DNA from: Octopus sinensis
Taxonomy: Eukaryota
NCBI RefSeq assembly: GCF_006345805.1
Contig: NC_042997.1
Location: forward strand, 170,810,001-170,874,000
Direction of reading: 5' to 3'
DNA length: 64,000 nt
Every line of letters starts with the position of its first letter. Within the stretch, counting starts at the first letter, position 1. The notes beneath the pieces are model-generated. The model was not told where the DNA came from, ran no database searches, and saw only the letters and a list, made by a program, of their open reading frames with translations. Below, piece after piece: positions 26,641 to 40,109 of the stretch. The translations under genes and the position numbers were made by a program.

Positions 26641-27162
26641 CCGTAAATCTTCGAGTATAGTCCGCCCTTGAGAATAATACGCAGGGGATTTTTAGGGGGT
26701 TGAACATCTGAAAAACCTAAACCTTGTGTATAATACACACTCCTTCTCTAACTTGAGTCATGCGTAATTAAGCCAGCAGCACCTAGTCGAACAAACACTT
26801 CTGTTCATGCATAATACAATAATGGTGATGTTCTTAACTGCTATATGGGAATGTAAATATGTTTGAAAATTGTTTTTGTTACATGTTATTGTGTGTTCTG
26901 AATACTTTTATTTTAATAAATGTTGCTTACTGCAAGTTATGGATGGTTCTTTTATGACTTCATTGCTTTCAGGCTTAGCTTAAGGTATTTTCGCGCCCGA
27001 CATCACAAAATGCGTCTGAATAAACATTGTCGGACAGCAAATAGAGACTCGGACATTGCTTAGAAAATACTTTTCATTTTTAACCTCGTATATAGTACGA
27101 ACGAGGGATTTTGACCTTTAAATTTTGGGGAAAAAATGCGGATTATACTCGAGGATTTACGG
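26641..27162. mobile_element. Tc2/pogo-like MITE copy 2, inserted at a TA inside a B-like SINE (26570-27460, minus)
   Basis: Same TIRs as 4348-4858, TA TSD; the SINE sequence is continuous once the MITE is removed. Confidence 0.88.
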
Positions 27163-27574
27163 TACTCATTTTCTTTTTAAGCCTGGTACTTCTTCTATCG
27201 GCCTCTTTTGCTGAACAGGAACGTAAACAGACAAACACTGGTTGCCAAGTGGCATTGGAAGACAAGCACAAGCACAAACCACACGAACTCATACAGATAT
27301 ACGACGGCCTTCTTTCAATTTCCGTCTACCAAATCCACTCACAAGGCTTTGGTCGGCCTGAGGCTATAATAAAAGACACTTATCCTAGGTCCACGCAGTG
27401 GGACTGAACCCAGAACTATGTGGTTGCGAAGTAAACTGCTTACCTCACAGCCACGCCCGAGGAAACACAATTATTTTCACTATATGACCCTTGTATTATT
27501 AATATACTAGAACAATTATCTATTGATTTTTTTTAGCTTATTCAACTCACTCACTCACTCATGTACATATATGC

Positions 27575-27852
27575 ACAAATACATACATACAAGCATGCAC
27601 ACCCATACACACAGATACACACGCATACATACATACACACATATACACACATACATACATACATACATACATACATACATACATACATACATACATACAT
27701 ACATACATACATACATGCATGCATGCATACATACATACATACATACATACACACATACATACATACATGCATGCATACATACATACATACATACATACAT
27801 ACATACATACATACATACATACATACATACATACATACATACATACATACAT
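27575..27852. repeat. (CATA)n microsatellite
   Basis: Direct read. Confidence 0.97.
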
Positions 27853-28696
27853 TCAGCTCACACTCATAATTATTGCAGCTACAAGATACATACCAACTCG
27901 TCTGCAGCAAAGTATGGTTAGTTGGCTGAATCGTTAGCACACTGGGTAAAATGTTTAGTGGCATTTTGTCCATCCTTACGATCAGAGTTCAGATCCCGCC
28001 AATCTTGAGGAGAGAATGCAAATCCTTAATTCATAAGCTACAGGTGATCGCGATATCTGGGACTATAAAAATCTGAAAGACCTTCTTCAGATTTAAAAGC
28101 CTGGTGGTAAAAACAAGATACTTTCACTTTTAGATAACAGCGCGTTCAACACACACACTTCTCATTGGCTCATGGCATTCTGAATCACCTGTGTTTCAAC
28201 ATCTTTCAACGAGCTCCTGTGCCTCGTCAGTCAGGAACAGCCAGAACTTTGGGTCTAGACAAAACCGCTGGCTTTCAGCGAACAGAATTGTTCACAAAGA
28301 TTTATTAAAATAATAATAATCAATATAGCAAAGGTTATTTATTATGTGATTAAAACGAGGATAATTGATATAGTAAAGATTATTTATTAATATGATTAAA
28401 AATGAGAATAATTAAAATAATAGACATTGATTATTAATATAAGAACCCATTCTGCTGACGACAGCAAGAAGTTTTGCGATATTTATTTCTAACGTTGATA
28501 AAAGAAATCGTAAATCTTCACGCTTCTCTAATCCATTGGGTTTATCTTCGCGATCACAATTAATGGCGTTGCCTTTAAACCTGTCTTCACTAGATACTAT
28601 GTTGGAAAAAGCAATAAATGAATATTTCGGAGGTGTACTTGTCTGGCAAGAGATTCGATCAAAGACCGTGTGTTGAAACTAAAACAACTTAAGCGT

Positions 28697-28930
28697 AGAA
28701 GACACATGATAACCATTCAAAAAATACACAAAGACTGTCAACTGCATCTAAATATTAGTTATTTGGTGTCAAAGTTTTCGTCGAAGCAACTGCGACCTGG
28801 TCACTTACACGATTCCACTCAGTGACAAAGTCGCAGTTGGTACGATGAAAATGTTGACACTAAGTAGCATATGTTTAAAGGAAGTTAACAGTCATTGTGT
28901 TTTTTTGAATGGATAATATGTGTCTTCCAG
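28697..28930. repeat. degenerate inverted repeat with two head-to-head HHR-3 motifs
   Basis: Arms ~28697-28805 and ~28820-28930; minus motif GTGACCA-G-GTCG..CGAC-GAAA and plus motif GTGACAA-A-GTCG..CGAT-GAAA. Confidence 0.62.
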
Positions 28931-31900
28931 GTCATAATAAATAGCTTACTTCATTCTATAATGGAGATTTCATACTACATTACAACATATTTCACACAAG
29001 CCTTAATTTTAAAAAGATTATCTTTCATTATTCTGTACCTCATTGATGATCTCGGACGTTACCTGTGTGGTATGAAGTTTGTTTCTCAACCACATTCCAG
29101 GATATGGGCTGGCAGCCACCAGTTGTATTAAAAGTGGTCATGAGGGAATTTTATGCGCTCACATCCTGATATTAAATCCAGTACACACAACTGAGGCAGT
29201 CGACAGTGTGTATACATTACGCATGATACTTAGATGCCTATTTTAATTTAGTACTGCCTCTATTGCATATACATGATTTTTATTCAGTCGGATGGCTATT
29301 CGCAACATCAGAGGTAATGAATTCTCTCGTCTGAGCATGTGGCTGGCTGCGAGAGCACAGTATTGAAAAGGCTCTAAAAATCCAAAATGCATCGGGGGTT
29401 GTCGCTGGTCGTTCATGGGACGAATTTCTCTCTTTCTCTCTCTCTCTCTCTCTGATATTTATTTTGTTTTTAATGCCGCACATCCGTAAGAAATGTTATC
29501 TCAGAATTAATACCACAGCAAGTGCCTACCGACAGCGTATATACATTAATCACAATACTTAGATGGCTACTGATATAAGCATTTCAGCTAAATTAAACGA
29601 TTTAATTTTCAGCAATTGTTTCTGTTTACAACAGGGCAATTACGAATTACAACGGTCCACCTCCACCGCAGTATGATTTATACAAATGAGTGACATACAC
29701 TGAATAGGATAAAGTAATGTGCATTTTAATGCATAATTTCCCTTCCTTGCTACGACTTCAGGCTTTTGATTATTATCAATTATTTATTTCCATGTTAGTA
29801 ACACATTTTTTTTATCTCAAAGATATCTGCTTTTGTATATATTGTCTCTATTGCATTTCAAACAATTTACGCCTCGTAAAGTGACAAATAAAAATTAATT
29901 ATTTATTCTTTCAGATAAAGTTTTTTTCTTTTTGCATATCATCAAATTATCTATTGTTGCATGTAATTTCAATTAGACATTTTGTATACAGAATTTACAA
30001 TTTTTAAAAATTCTAAAAAGTACTATTTGTTTGAAAATCAATGTTCGTGTGAAAAATAATCATGATTCTGTATAAAATATCTTTTGTTGTGGAATAAATT
30101 CAAGCCATTTCTAATGCTTTCTCACCATCCCATATAAATGGAGTAAAGTCTTAGCACAGTTCCCCAAATTTTAACCGAGAAGGGGTACCGAATGGATGTG
30201 GCGCAATGTAGAAATTTATGATGTCTTTTATCAGAGTTGGAGCGAAATATTGCAAAACTCACTGCCGGCCATCAGCAGTAGAGAAAGCATTAAAAAACAA
30301 TGTCTTCTATCTTAATTATCCTCGTTTTAATCATATTTATTAATGAACAATCTCTTCTGTCTTAATTATTGTTATTTTGATAATATTGATAAACACTGTC
30401 TGTTGTATTAATTAGTACTATTTTCGTATTGATAACAATGTTTATCTCAGAAAATGTGGAGGTATAGTTGATCGTAGATGGTGAAACGATGTGACCGAAG
30501 AAAAAATGTTTCCATTGCTGTTATTGTGTATGTCTCAACTGCGGGAATATGTGTCTCAGAATACATTTTGGTTGAACTGGTTGCAAATAATTGTTTCCAC
30601 ATTTGTTGAAACGAGAAACAATTGTCCATAATAAAATCATTTCGCTTCAGCTAAAACATCATCTTCAGTATTCGAGCGCACAAGTTCAGGCGTGACTATC
30701 TTTTAATTACAAATAGACCGGAAGTAACAATGATGACTATATAAAATGACACAACACCTTTCCAGGGGATTCATGATATAGCTCTGTTCACCCTACTCAT
30801 TTCCCGGCTCTTAACGCCTTTCTATAATATGATTTTTTTCAGCTCCAGCAACGACTGGTATGGACCTCCCTCACGATCATTTACCATGCACGATCAATTT
30901 GTCAGACTATAAGACAAACAGGTGAAGAATTCAACAGTTTACATTCTCGGCAATCAAGTCACCTAGCAAAAGAAATGCAATCAGCGGCGTGTGAACGTAG
31001 TCGTTCGGCCTGTTAGAAACAGCAGTCAGGCATACCTCAAATTCCACCTCATCGTTTTTGAAAAAGAGAACAATTAAATAAAGAAGTCCAAGATATCCCG
31101 ACAAAAATAGAACGGTCACGGCCAGAACGCCTTTGATTATAGTCCTGCTTCAATCAAGATTGGTTCGGTGTAACACAAGAGCAGCAACATCAATAAAAAC
31201 AGACTAACAAAAGAAAAGAAATAGCATGTTTCCAGCTTTTTCTTCGACTTATTAGAAATAGCAACCACATTTCCCTATAATTACACTCCAAGCAAAAAGA
31301 CCACACTTTAGTGCTGGATTCACAAAAGGAAAGACCAGATGGCCACGTCTGGAATGACCAGGAGCTAAATACCAACAGTAACGAAGGACAACTGTCTACA
31401 GTTATAGAAGGTAATAATAATGGTAGAAGCTTCGGCGTTCGTTGACTTACAGTGGAGGGTTCAATTCCTACTGCGGTAAAACACGCACACACGAACACAC
31501 ACACACACACACACACATGCACATCTTTTACTTGTTTCAGTTATTAGACTGTGGCCATATTGGAGCATTACTTTGAAAAGTTTTTTAATCGAACCCAGTA
31601 TTTATTTTTCTTCAAAGTCTGGTATTTATTTTACTAGTGGAAATTTCAAAGTTCATTGAAAATTTTAAAATTTGGCGTATTAATGTAGTTTTCCAAGCTA
31701 AATTTCAGGAGGTATTTCACTTTCTTCAGAAAAGTTTTTTTAAATGTTATAGAGATTTAAATTTGATCATTTTCATTCAGTCAGAAAACAGGAATTGGAA
31801 GCTGTCATTTTGTGCGTGACAGCACGAGTTGTCAACATTCTGTTACTAAGGGAGTGGGACGAAGTTAAAGTCACCCCTCCCAGGGAAGTCGCCCTCTATT

Positions 31901-33603
31901 TACAAAACATTTATAATAAAGTCGAAAAAAACTGAGCATAGCTACCAAAGATAGCTGATGGCTATCATAACTAAACTGTATGATACTAGCCAATGTGGAA
32001 CTTCGTCATGGTTACTTGATCAGCTATAAACAGCTGACAAATCTTCCTCAAACCACACCTCGCTCCCTTAAAACAAGAAAGGCTCATTAAATATTGTGTG
32101 TTTTCAGTGCACCTTGACTAAAAGGAAAAAACAACCTGAGGGCATGATCAGCTTCAACACACTTGATCTGAAGTCTACTTTATTTAATCAGGATTACTCC
32201 CGAACAAGAGACTAAACATCAATGACAACAACAACAACGACAGTGACACACTGATCCGAGATCATTTTAAAAAGTGTAAAACTAGGCCTAAACTGGCCTT
32301 TCGGTAGTTTGAGAACTTTTGAACCCACCAGAGTAAAACAGCATATAGATGATTTTCGCATACAACTCTCTCTCTCTCTCTGTTCCTCACTTCTCCCTCT
32401 CTCATTTCTCTTTGATTCTCATTCTTATTCCTTTATCATACCCTCCCACTTTACAGATGAATAGCTCCATAGTTTCCTATGGTTGCTTCAGAACTTTTGT
32501 GGCTCTCTACATACTATGCGAAGATTTTCCCTCATAAGACATACATACACATTTCATACACTGAAATAAACTTTCTTTCATAGACATTCTCACACATATA
32601 GAAGAAAAATTTTGTTTCGTCTTGGTTCTCCACAAGAATTCCAACGCACAAACATTATCTCAAGCATACTACTTCAAATACACTTCTACTATTTGATATA
32701 CGTAGGATCAACATAACGTACTTACACACACCACGATTAACTTCCTTCATAGACATGAACAGCTATAAGCAGCACGTATTCTCACACTCATAACTGTTGA
32801 TGCAATCAAACAGACTTTGTTGAAAAGTGATTTTCGTACACAGACACAATCATGTCAAATTTTTATTTGAAACATTTATTCATAGACAATTTTGGTGAAC
32901 ATTTGAACTCTGACAATAATTGAACATTTGAATTGCATTCATATTAACTTTTCTGTATTCGGAAGATGAATTGTATTTGATTTCACACCATTTTCTCTTT
33001 TCGCTTTTTTATTACTGCCGTTTCCATTATTATGTATTGAATAAACTGTGTTTTACTGAACTTTTTTTTTAAACTACACACGTTCTGTTATGTCAGATAC
33101 ATTGCATAACTTTGTATTCGCGATCTGACATCCGTTGTGATTAGTTTATTTTATTTATTTATTTTTCTCTTTTGAAAACATAAATTGGCCATCTTGGTCT
33201 ACACCGCAATCTTCATATCTTTCATCTCTTACTCATGACCCGACGTATCACTGGTTGTTTATATTCCTATACGGTTTTTTTACGAGGAAGGCATTTTATT
33301 CTTTACCGTAAAGGAACGAAAGCTCTTGGTTCGCTTTCCATACCAAGCTGTTGAAAATGTCCTTGCGGACCTAAATTCTCAGAAAGAGCGTAGTTAGAGT
33401 GTATGTCGCCCAAGGCAACGCTTGAGTTTTACTACCTCCCGCCTCTCGCCCTTATATAAGCTTAAAATGCAGGCTCAAAAGTGCCGCCTCCATAAAGGTG
33501 TCGTCCGAAGAGATATACCAGCATCAAACCACGACGCTACGTGACCTTCCTCAACCAATCGCAGCCCACCTTACAATAATAACAATCAACTTCTTTCATT
33601 CAA

Positions 33604-33663
33604 ATTCAAAATGGCTGAAGACTAGCACCACGCTTGAAACTCCGAGTAACAACGACTTTGAAT
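33604..33663 (+). ncRNA. degenerate HHR-2-like motif
   Basis: ATTCAAA..CTGAAGA-CT-AGC-ACCAC-GCT-T-GAAAC-TCCGAGTA..TTTGAAT; same ACUC-N-GAGU stem III as 13001; 7-bp distal stem I. Confidence 0.55.
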
Positions 33664-33744
33664 CAAACTGTTTTGATCCATATGTGTATATGTATATGTA
33701 TATATATATATGTATATATATATATATAGTATATATATATATGT

Positions 33745-33775
<31 letters not shown>

Positions 33776-33778
33776 GTA

Positions 33779-33826
<48 letters not shown>

Positions 33827-33984
33827 GTAGTATATATATGTATACGTATGTATATATATATATATGTATACGTATATATATATATATGTGTATGTGTATG
33901 CGTATGTATATATATGCATACGTATGTATATATATGTATACGTATGTATATATATATGTATACGTATGTATATATATATACACA

Positions 33985-35564
33985 CAAAGTGGTTCAAAAG
34001 TAGGTGGACAGGAAATGATAACATTTATTTTGAGATTACATATATACAATTATATTTACTAATACAATTATTACATTGACAATTAAATTTTATTTTGTAC
34101 AATAATACAAAAGCGCTTAAATTTGATCAACGAGCTGCTCAAACTATTGTCCATCACAACTTACACAGCTTTGAAATCTACCCCTTACGCTTTGACAAAC
34201 ATTTTTGCACAAGTCTCTTCGTATATTAATCTCTTGAAATGCATATCTTATGCAATTTTTCAAATCATTATTACTTCTTGGTTTTCGGCTATGAATTTTG
34301 TCCTTGAATACTCCCCAAAAGAAGAAATCCATTGAGATCAAGTCAGGTGAACGTGCTGGCCAATCAATTGGACCTCTTTGGCCCGATCCATTTCTCATGA
34401 AATGTTTCATCAAGACACTACCGGGCTGCTCTTGTTGTTGTTGTTGTCGTTGTTGTTAAGCAACAAGACGGGTATGGGTGATTAGGTGATAGTCTAGGGC
34501 TTAGGGGCGGGAGACTCCAGACTTTGGAAAAAAAAAACTTTGGTTGTCTTGCTGTAGTCGAGGGCTCTTCGTTGACGCCCGACACCACTGGGAGGTGGCC
34601 CTCGAAGTCGCTGGAAATGGAGATCTCCAGGTCCAAAATTCTTGAACGGCCCGGACTGCTCTTGAATAATGTAGAGGAGCCCCATCTTGTTGGAAATAAA
34701 GGTCATGTGTATTAGACTGTTGTTTTAACTGTGGAACAACTTGATCCATTAGAATTTCAAGATATTTATCGCCTGTGACTGTTCCATCAAAAAATATGTG
34801 TCACAAAACACCAGAACTTGAAATACCACCCCAAACAGTGACACCAGGCTGGTTTATTTGTTGCTCTAATATTAAATGCATGTTCTCACTATACCAGTAA
34901 ATACAATTATGTCTGTTAATATGACCGGATAATATGAAAGAAGCTTCATCGGTTCACACAATGTTATCTAAAATTATTGGATTTTCTTTAATATCATTCA
35001 GCATTATCTCGCTAAATTGCAGCCGCTTGTCTGGGTTAGCCTTTAATAATCCATGAATTAGCCTTTGACGGTAAGCTTTCAACCTAATAGATTTCAGGAT
35101 TCGAATAATAGAGAATCGTGAAATGCTCAATTCCAAACAGGCTCCCCTGGAGGACTTTTTTGGACTGGAAACAAATGCTTCAGCGACAAGTTGCTTATCA
35201 TCCTTTGTACAGACTGTTTTGGGTCGACCAGTTTTTGGAGCATTAAGAATTGAGCCAGTGGCATAGAATTTGTCACGAATGCGGTAAATGGCTTGTATCT
35301 TTGGGGCTTGAATACCAAATGTTTCAACACATTTTGTTCTAACGGTTTCAGCATTTTGAAATTTCCAATACTCATTTAACGCCCATTTTCTTTCATCAGA
35401 ATTTAAATTATTTGCAATTCTGGGTTCTCTTAATTATCTGAAAAAAACCCACATTAATTTAGATAAATTAAGTTATAAAATTTAAAATATTGCACAAATA
35501 CCATAGTTATAACCGATACACAAACCTATTCCACCTACTGTTCACCTACTTTTGGATCACCCTG
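33985..35564 (-). mobile_element. Tc1/mariner-superfamily transposon with a decayed transposase
   Basis: TIRs CAGGGTGATCCAAAAGTAGGTGAACAG / CAAAGTGGTTCAAAAGTAGGTGGACAG; fragments ELSISRFSIIRILK, YFQQDGAPLHYS, WPARSPDLISMDFFFWGVFK. Confidence 0.9.
34435..34650 (-). mobile_element. 216-bp retroposed insert with (AAC)n tail inside the transposase
   Basis: 14-bp TSD CCGG(G/A)CTGCTCTTG at 34421-34434 and 34651-34664; second copy at 51882-52065. Confidence 0.85.
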
Positions 35565-35621
35565 TATATGTATGTACGTATGTATGTATGTATGTATGTA
35601 TGTATGTATGTACATATATAT

Positions 35622-35659
<38 letters not shown>

Positions 35660-35665
<6 letters not shown>

Positions 35666-36020
35666 AAAATAATATATAAACATATGCATATATACATACA
35701 TATATGTACAAACCTACATCTATATGTATATATACATGCATATATAGGTACAAGACATTAAAAAAAAACGTTGAACACAATGAGAAACGAAAACCTAAAA
35801 ACAAAAATATGGAAACGAACTATTTTTCGAACAACGAAAGAACAGAGTTCAAAACATACAACACAAGGAATATTCCCCTTCTTCAGTTGTCCCCGTTTCG
35901 TCTACTCCGCGTTTCAGGATCGAAACGTCAAAGACTTTTCCATTCTTCCCGAGCGTCAAACTAATACACCTGAATGTTGTTCCCTCATCTGTCTTCGTCT
36001 TTTTTCTGCAAATTTGAACC
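35660..36020. repeat. family E (minus) fused to an HHR-1 repeat body (plus)
   Basis: CGAAACGTCAAAGAC at 35921 followed by GAGCGTCAAACTAATACACC; the 5' core is replaced by family E sequence. Confidence 0.7.
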
Positions 36021-36021
36021 A

Positions 36022-36101
<80 letters not shown>

Positions 36102-36365
36102 TGTATGTATGTATTGTTTATTAAACATATGGATATACAGCCGTTTACATATTTATTCATAACCCATTTCTGTATTGATATTCTAGTAATTATAGCTTGC
36201 AGTGCTGAGTCACGATATTTAACTACAGAATATATGTGTGACAGGAATGCTGATGAAATAATGAAAACTGAAAGTAAGACATAAATATTTTTTCCCGGTG
36301 TTCAAAATACATCTGATTCAAGACAAAGGAATCGACAATGGAGCATAAATTAGCATATAATTAGC

Positions 36366-36369
<4 letters not shown>

Positions 36370-36431
<62 letters not shown>

Positions 36432-36520
36432 AAGAAGAAGAAGAAGAAGAAGAAGAAGAAGAAGAAGAAGAAGAAGAAGAAGAAGAAGAAGAAGAAGAAG
36501 AAGAAGAGGAAGAGGAAGAA
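36370..36520. repeat. (TAA)n followed by (GAA)n microsatellite
   Basis: Direct read. Confidence 0.97.
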
Positions 36521-36851
36521 AATAGTTTAGCGAAATTAGAAAATATGATAACCTATTCACTGGTATAGATTTTTTTTCTTTTCTTTCGTCATTTATTTAT
36601 TTCTAGGTTTATCGATTAATGGTACGAACCGTATTTGATGGCATAAAACACGCACAGGCATATATGACGCACCCTAGTTCAGTAGCTCACAATTCAAGAA
36701 AAAAAGTGTCAGGGACAAATCTAGCTTATAGGAGACCCAACTTTGCATACTAGGATCTGAGCTGATTGTTCAGACTTGCTTCAGTAAAATGAAAAAAGAA
36801 AAGAAAAGAAAAAAGAATGTGCGTCTTATATGCCATTAAATACGGAACATC

Positions 36852-37870
36852 ATTTTGGGTTGACCAAAAACTTCGTTCGAGTTTTCCTTTGCGCATACGT
36901 ACTCGTCGGATACCTAACACCGTTAGCTTTTTCCTTTGTGCATGCATATCTGTTAGATACGTAACAGATACGTAGCTTGACGAGAATTTGCAACGAAACA
37001 GGCTGTATTTTGTGTGCCCAAGATCACCCTGAAAATTGGGAACGAAAACAAACATTATCAACACCTCATACGAAAACCTGAAGAAAAATATTTACTGTGT
37101 ACAGAGAAGATGCTGTTACGGAATGTGTGAATCAGAAGCGGTTGTCAAGATTTTGATTGGGAAAACTTTTCCATTCAAGACGTATCTCGCTCTTGTCGGC
37201 CAACTGAGATTAACAGCGACAAAGTGAAAGAGTTAGTCGAGACCAACCCCAATAATACGATCAGGATGATCGCAGATATTCTTGAAATATCCAAATCGAA
37301 TGTTGAAAACCATCTGTGTCAACTTGGTTTTGTCAACAAGTTCGATATTTTCGTTCCACATCATTTGAACAAGAATATGGCCCAACGAATGTCAATCTGC
37401 GATTCGTTGCAGATGCGTGAAGAAAATGACCTTTTTTTTTTATCTCTTTAAGAGAATGGTGATAGGGGACAAAATTGAATCATCTATAACAATGTGGAGC
37501 GCAAAGCGATTGTGGGGAAAGCGCGGCGATCCTTATAAACAATCGCCAAAGCATGGCTTCACCGAAAGAAGGGATTGGAAGGGTGTTGTCGTTTACGAGC
37601 TTCTTTCTACTATCAGAACCATCAATTCAGATATGTACCTGCTGGAGAAATTAAACAAAGTGATCCGCCAGAAATGTCCACAATTTGCTAATTGTAATAA
37701 TATTGTCTTGTATCACCACAATGCCAGGCCGTACACTTCTTTACAGACGCAATAGACATTATTGGCTGGAAAATTTTGCCTCACCCTAAATATTCACCCG
37801 ACTTTGTGCCTTCAGATTTCCACCTGTTTCGGTATATTCAAAATTTATTGAAAGGTCAGACCTTCAGCTG
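36852..37870 (+). pseudogene. mariner (Mos1/Hsmar-type) transposase relic with left TIR
   Basis: TTGGGTTGACCAAAAACTTCGTTCGAG TIR-like start; IFVPHHL, WKGVVVYELL, IVLYHHNARPYTS, ILPHPKYSPDFVPSDFHLF; multiple frameshifts. Confidence 0.9.
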
Positions 37871-38862
37871 TGTGTTCTATAAAGCTGTTCTATATACCAC
37901 ACCTGTTTTCTGCTTATGGCCGCAATCTAATGATTGAAACAAGTAGAAAATAAAAGAAAGATAGATCACTCTATCGTATACTTTCGTCCTAGTTGCAATG
38001 GATGCGTTTGTTATACTCCGATAGATTAGCAGAATCGTTAGGACGTAAATGCCACATGATATTTAATTACAACTCTTTAAGTTGAGTTCAAATCTCACGG
38101 AAGTGATTTTTCCCCATCATTATAAATTCGTTAAAATAAAATACTAGACAGGTACTGGCATCGACTTAATCGACTTTACTTTCCACATAAATTTGTGGCT
38201 TTGTACTCATATCAGATATCAGTTATCATGTCAGCTTGTACTTAAACTTTTTACCACTGAGGTTAGTTTCTTTGCATGTCTTCCGTCCCTCACCCTCTCA
38301 AGTCAGTGATATCAACGCGATTTAAATTCAGTTAGACCTCTGCAAGTTAACCAAATCATATTTTTGCGTTTTTATTCTCTTCCTGTCAATTATTTAGTCG
38401 AAGAGAAGACAAAGGCTCATTGACCTTTGCGGGAAGACGAGTGATATTAATGTAGTTTCAGTTCAGTCGAACCTCTTTAAGTTGATGCCTGCAGAGAAAA
38501 TATCAACAGAACGAAAACTGATAAATCTAATCAAGCTTGAAGAGAGCTCTAATCAAGCACACCTAAGCTCAAAAGCTTTCTGTATGTGACCATCTCGTCT
38601 CTATGTATTTAGGATTACATGAAGGGTAAATCGTTATCTCAACAGGAATGAGATGCAAACAGTTATTCTAGTTCTGGAAAATTTTACATGGGTTCCGGGG
38701 ACAAAGGGTACAACAAGAGGAGGGCGATAGAGGAATCTGTAGAATTTTTCTTGATTTGAGACCTATTCAAATATTTTATCTTTTACTAATTTCAGTCGTT
38801 AGACTGAGATCAATCCAGCAGTGGTTGGGGATTAATATAAAGATACACACTCGAATGAATTA

Positions 38863-39409
38863 TATACGCTCCATGTGAGTACTGTTATTGTTAAACTGTT
38901 ACTTATTGAATTGTTGTTACCTGAAATTGTTGAACTTGTTGTTGTTACGGTTTTTTTAATTTTCTTCCTCATTTATGGGTGAAGTTGTGAAGGGTGTTGT
39001 AATGGAAGGTACACCAGTGCAAGCGGGCAGTTGTGCCGCGGTGATTGGCAGGGGCTTGTCGGCGGAGGTGCTGCAGGCTGGAGAAGTTAAATTGAGGGGG
39101 GAGGGAGATAGCCTAATGTTGGCTATCTCCCTCCCCCCCTCAACAAATCACTACATTTCCTGAAGCTCCCCTCCCTCAATTCAACCTCTCCAACCTGCAG
39201 CACCTCCGCCGACAGGCCCCTGCCAATCACGGCAGCACAACTGCCCGCTTGCACTAGTGTACCTTCCAGTACAACACCCTTCACAACTTCACCCATAAAT
39301 GGGGAAGAAAATTAAAAAACGGTAACAAGTTCAACAATTTCAGGTAACAACAATCCAACAATACAATAAATAACAGTTAAACAATAACAGTACCCACATG
39401 GAGCGTATA
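38863..39409. mobile_element. foldback element with ~240-bp arms and a GC-rich core
   Basis: 38863-39106 versus 39166-39409 are reverse complements at roughly 85-90% by eye; inner perfect 23-bp stem at 39092-39143. Confidence 0.9.
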
Positions 39410-39479
39410 CACTTCAAACTCGAACTGACTCAAATACAACACTAATGACAACAGCAACGTCCTCTCAACGATTAGTTAG

Positions 39480-39700
39480 ATATGATTTTTAAAATGAGAA
39501 TATCTGAAATAAACTCGACTGCTCGCACAAATGAGAATACTAAAAATGAACCCGATCTCTCTCAAAATCTATTCAGTTCGTGCCACTCACGAGGCCCTGA
39601 AAGTTTCATCCGAATCCATCCAGCGGTTCTTGAGATAACTTGTCCACGGACAAACAAACAAACAATCGAGATTGAAAACATCTCAGAACAAGTAAACGGA
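39480..39700 (+). mobile_element. Helitron/Helentron-type non-autonomous remnant
   Basis: AAGTTTCATCCGAATCCATCCAGCGGTTCTTGAGATA...ACGGACAAACAAAC resembles DINE-1/HINE-type core-plus-microsatellite motifs. Confidence 0.5.
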
Positions 39701-40109
39701 ACTAAATGCATACCATCTATGCTTATAGTATTTGCTTATCGTCGGGTGGTGTTATGATAAGTAGTCACTTACGTCGAACTAGCACCCGGAACTAAATAAC
39801 TCTGACTTGATGTTATGTGTAAGTACATTAAAAACGAGAGCGGGGAAGGGGAGGATATTGAAAAAGAAAGCGTTAGTAAACGAAAAGAGAGCGAGAATCA
39901 AAAAGTTTGATAAGCACTGGGTTAGAGGGTATTAGTATAAGATATGGAGTAAATCACAAAACCCATGACTAAAAGAAGAGAGTAGAGCGAATAATGCAAC
40001 GGGAGTGGTGTTCAACTTATTTGCTTGCAGAAAGTAGAAACATTTGTAATAGAGACAGAGGGGGAACATGTTGATGGGTAAATTGGTGCAGTATATTGTT
40101 GAGTCGTGA

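Noticed and set aside
32400-33200. Penelope GIY-YIG coding remnant (RRKILFRLGSPQ)
   Set aside because: Too short and degenerate to call by eye.
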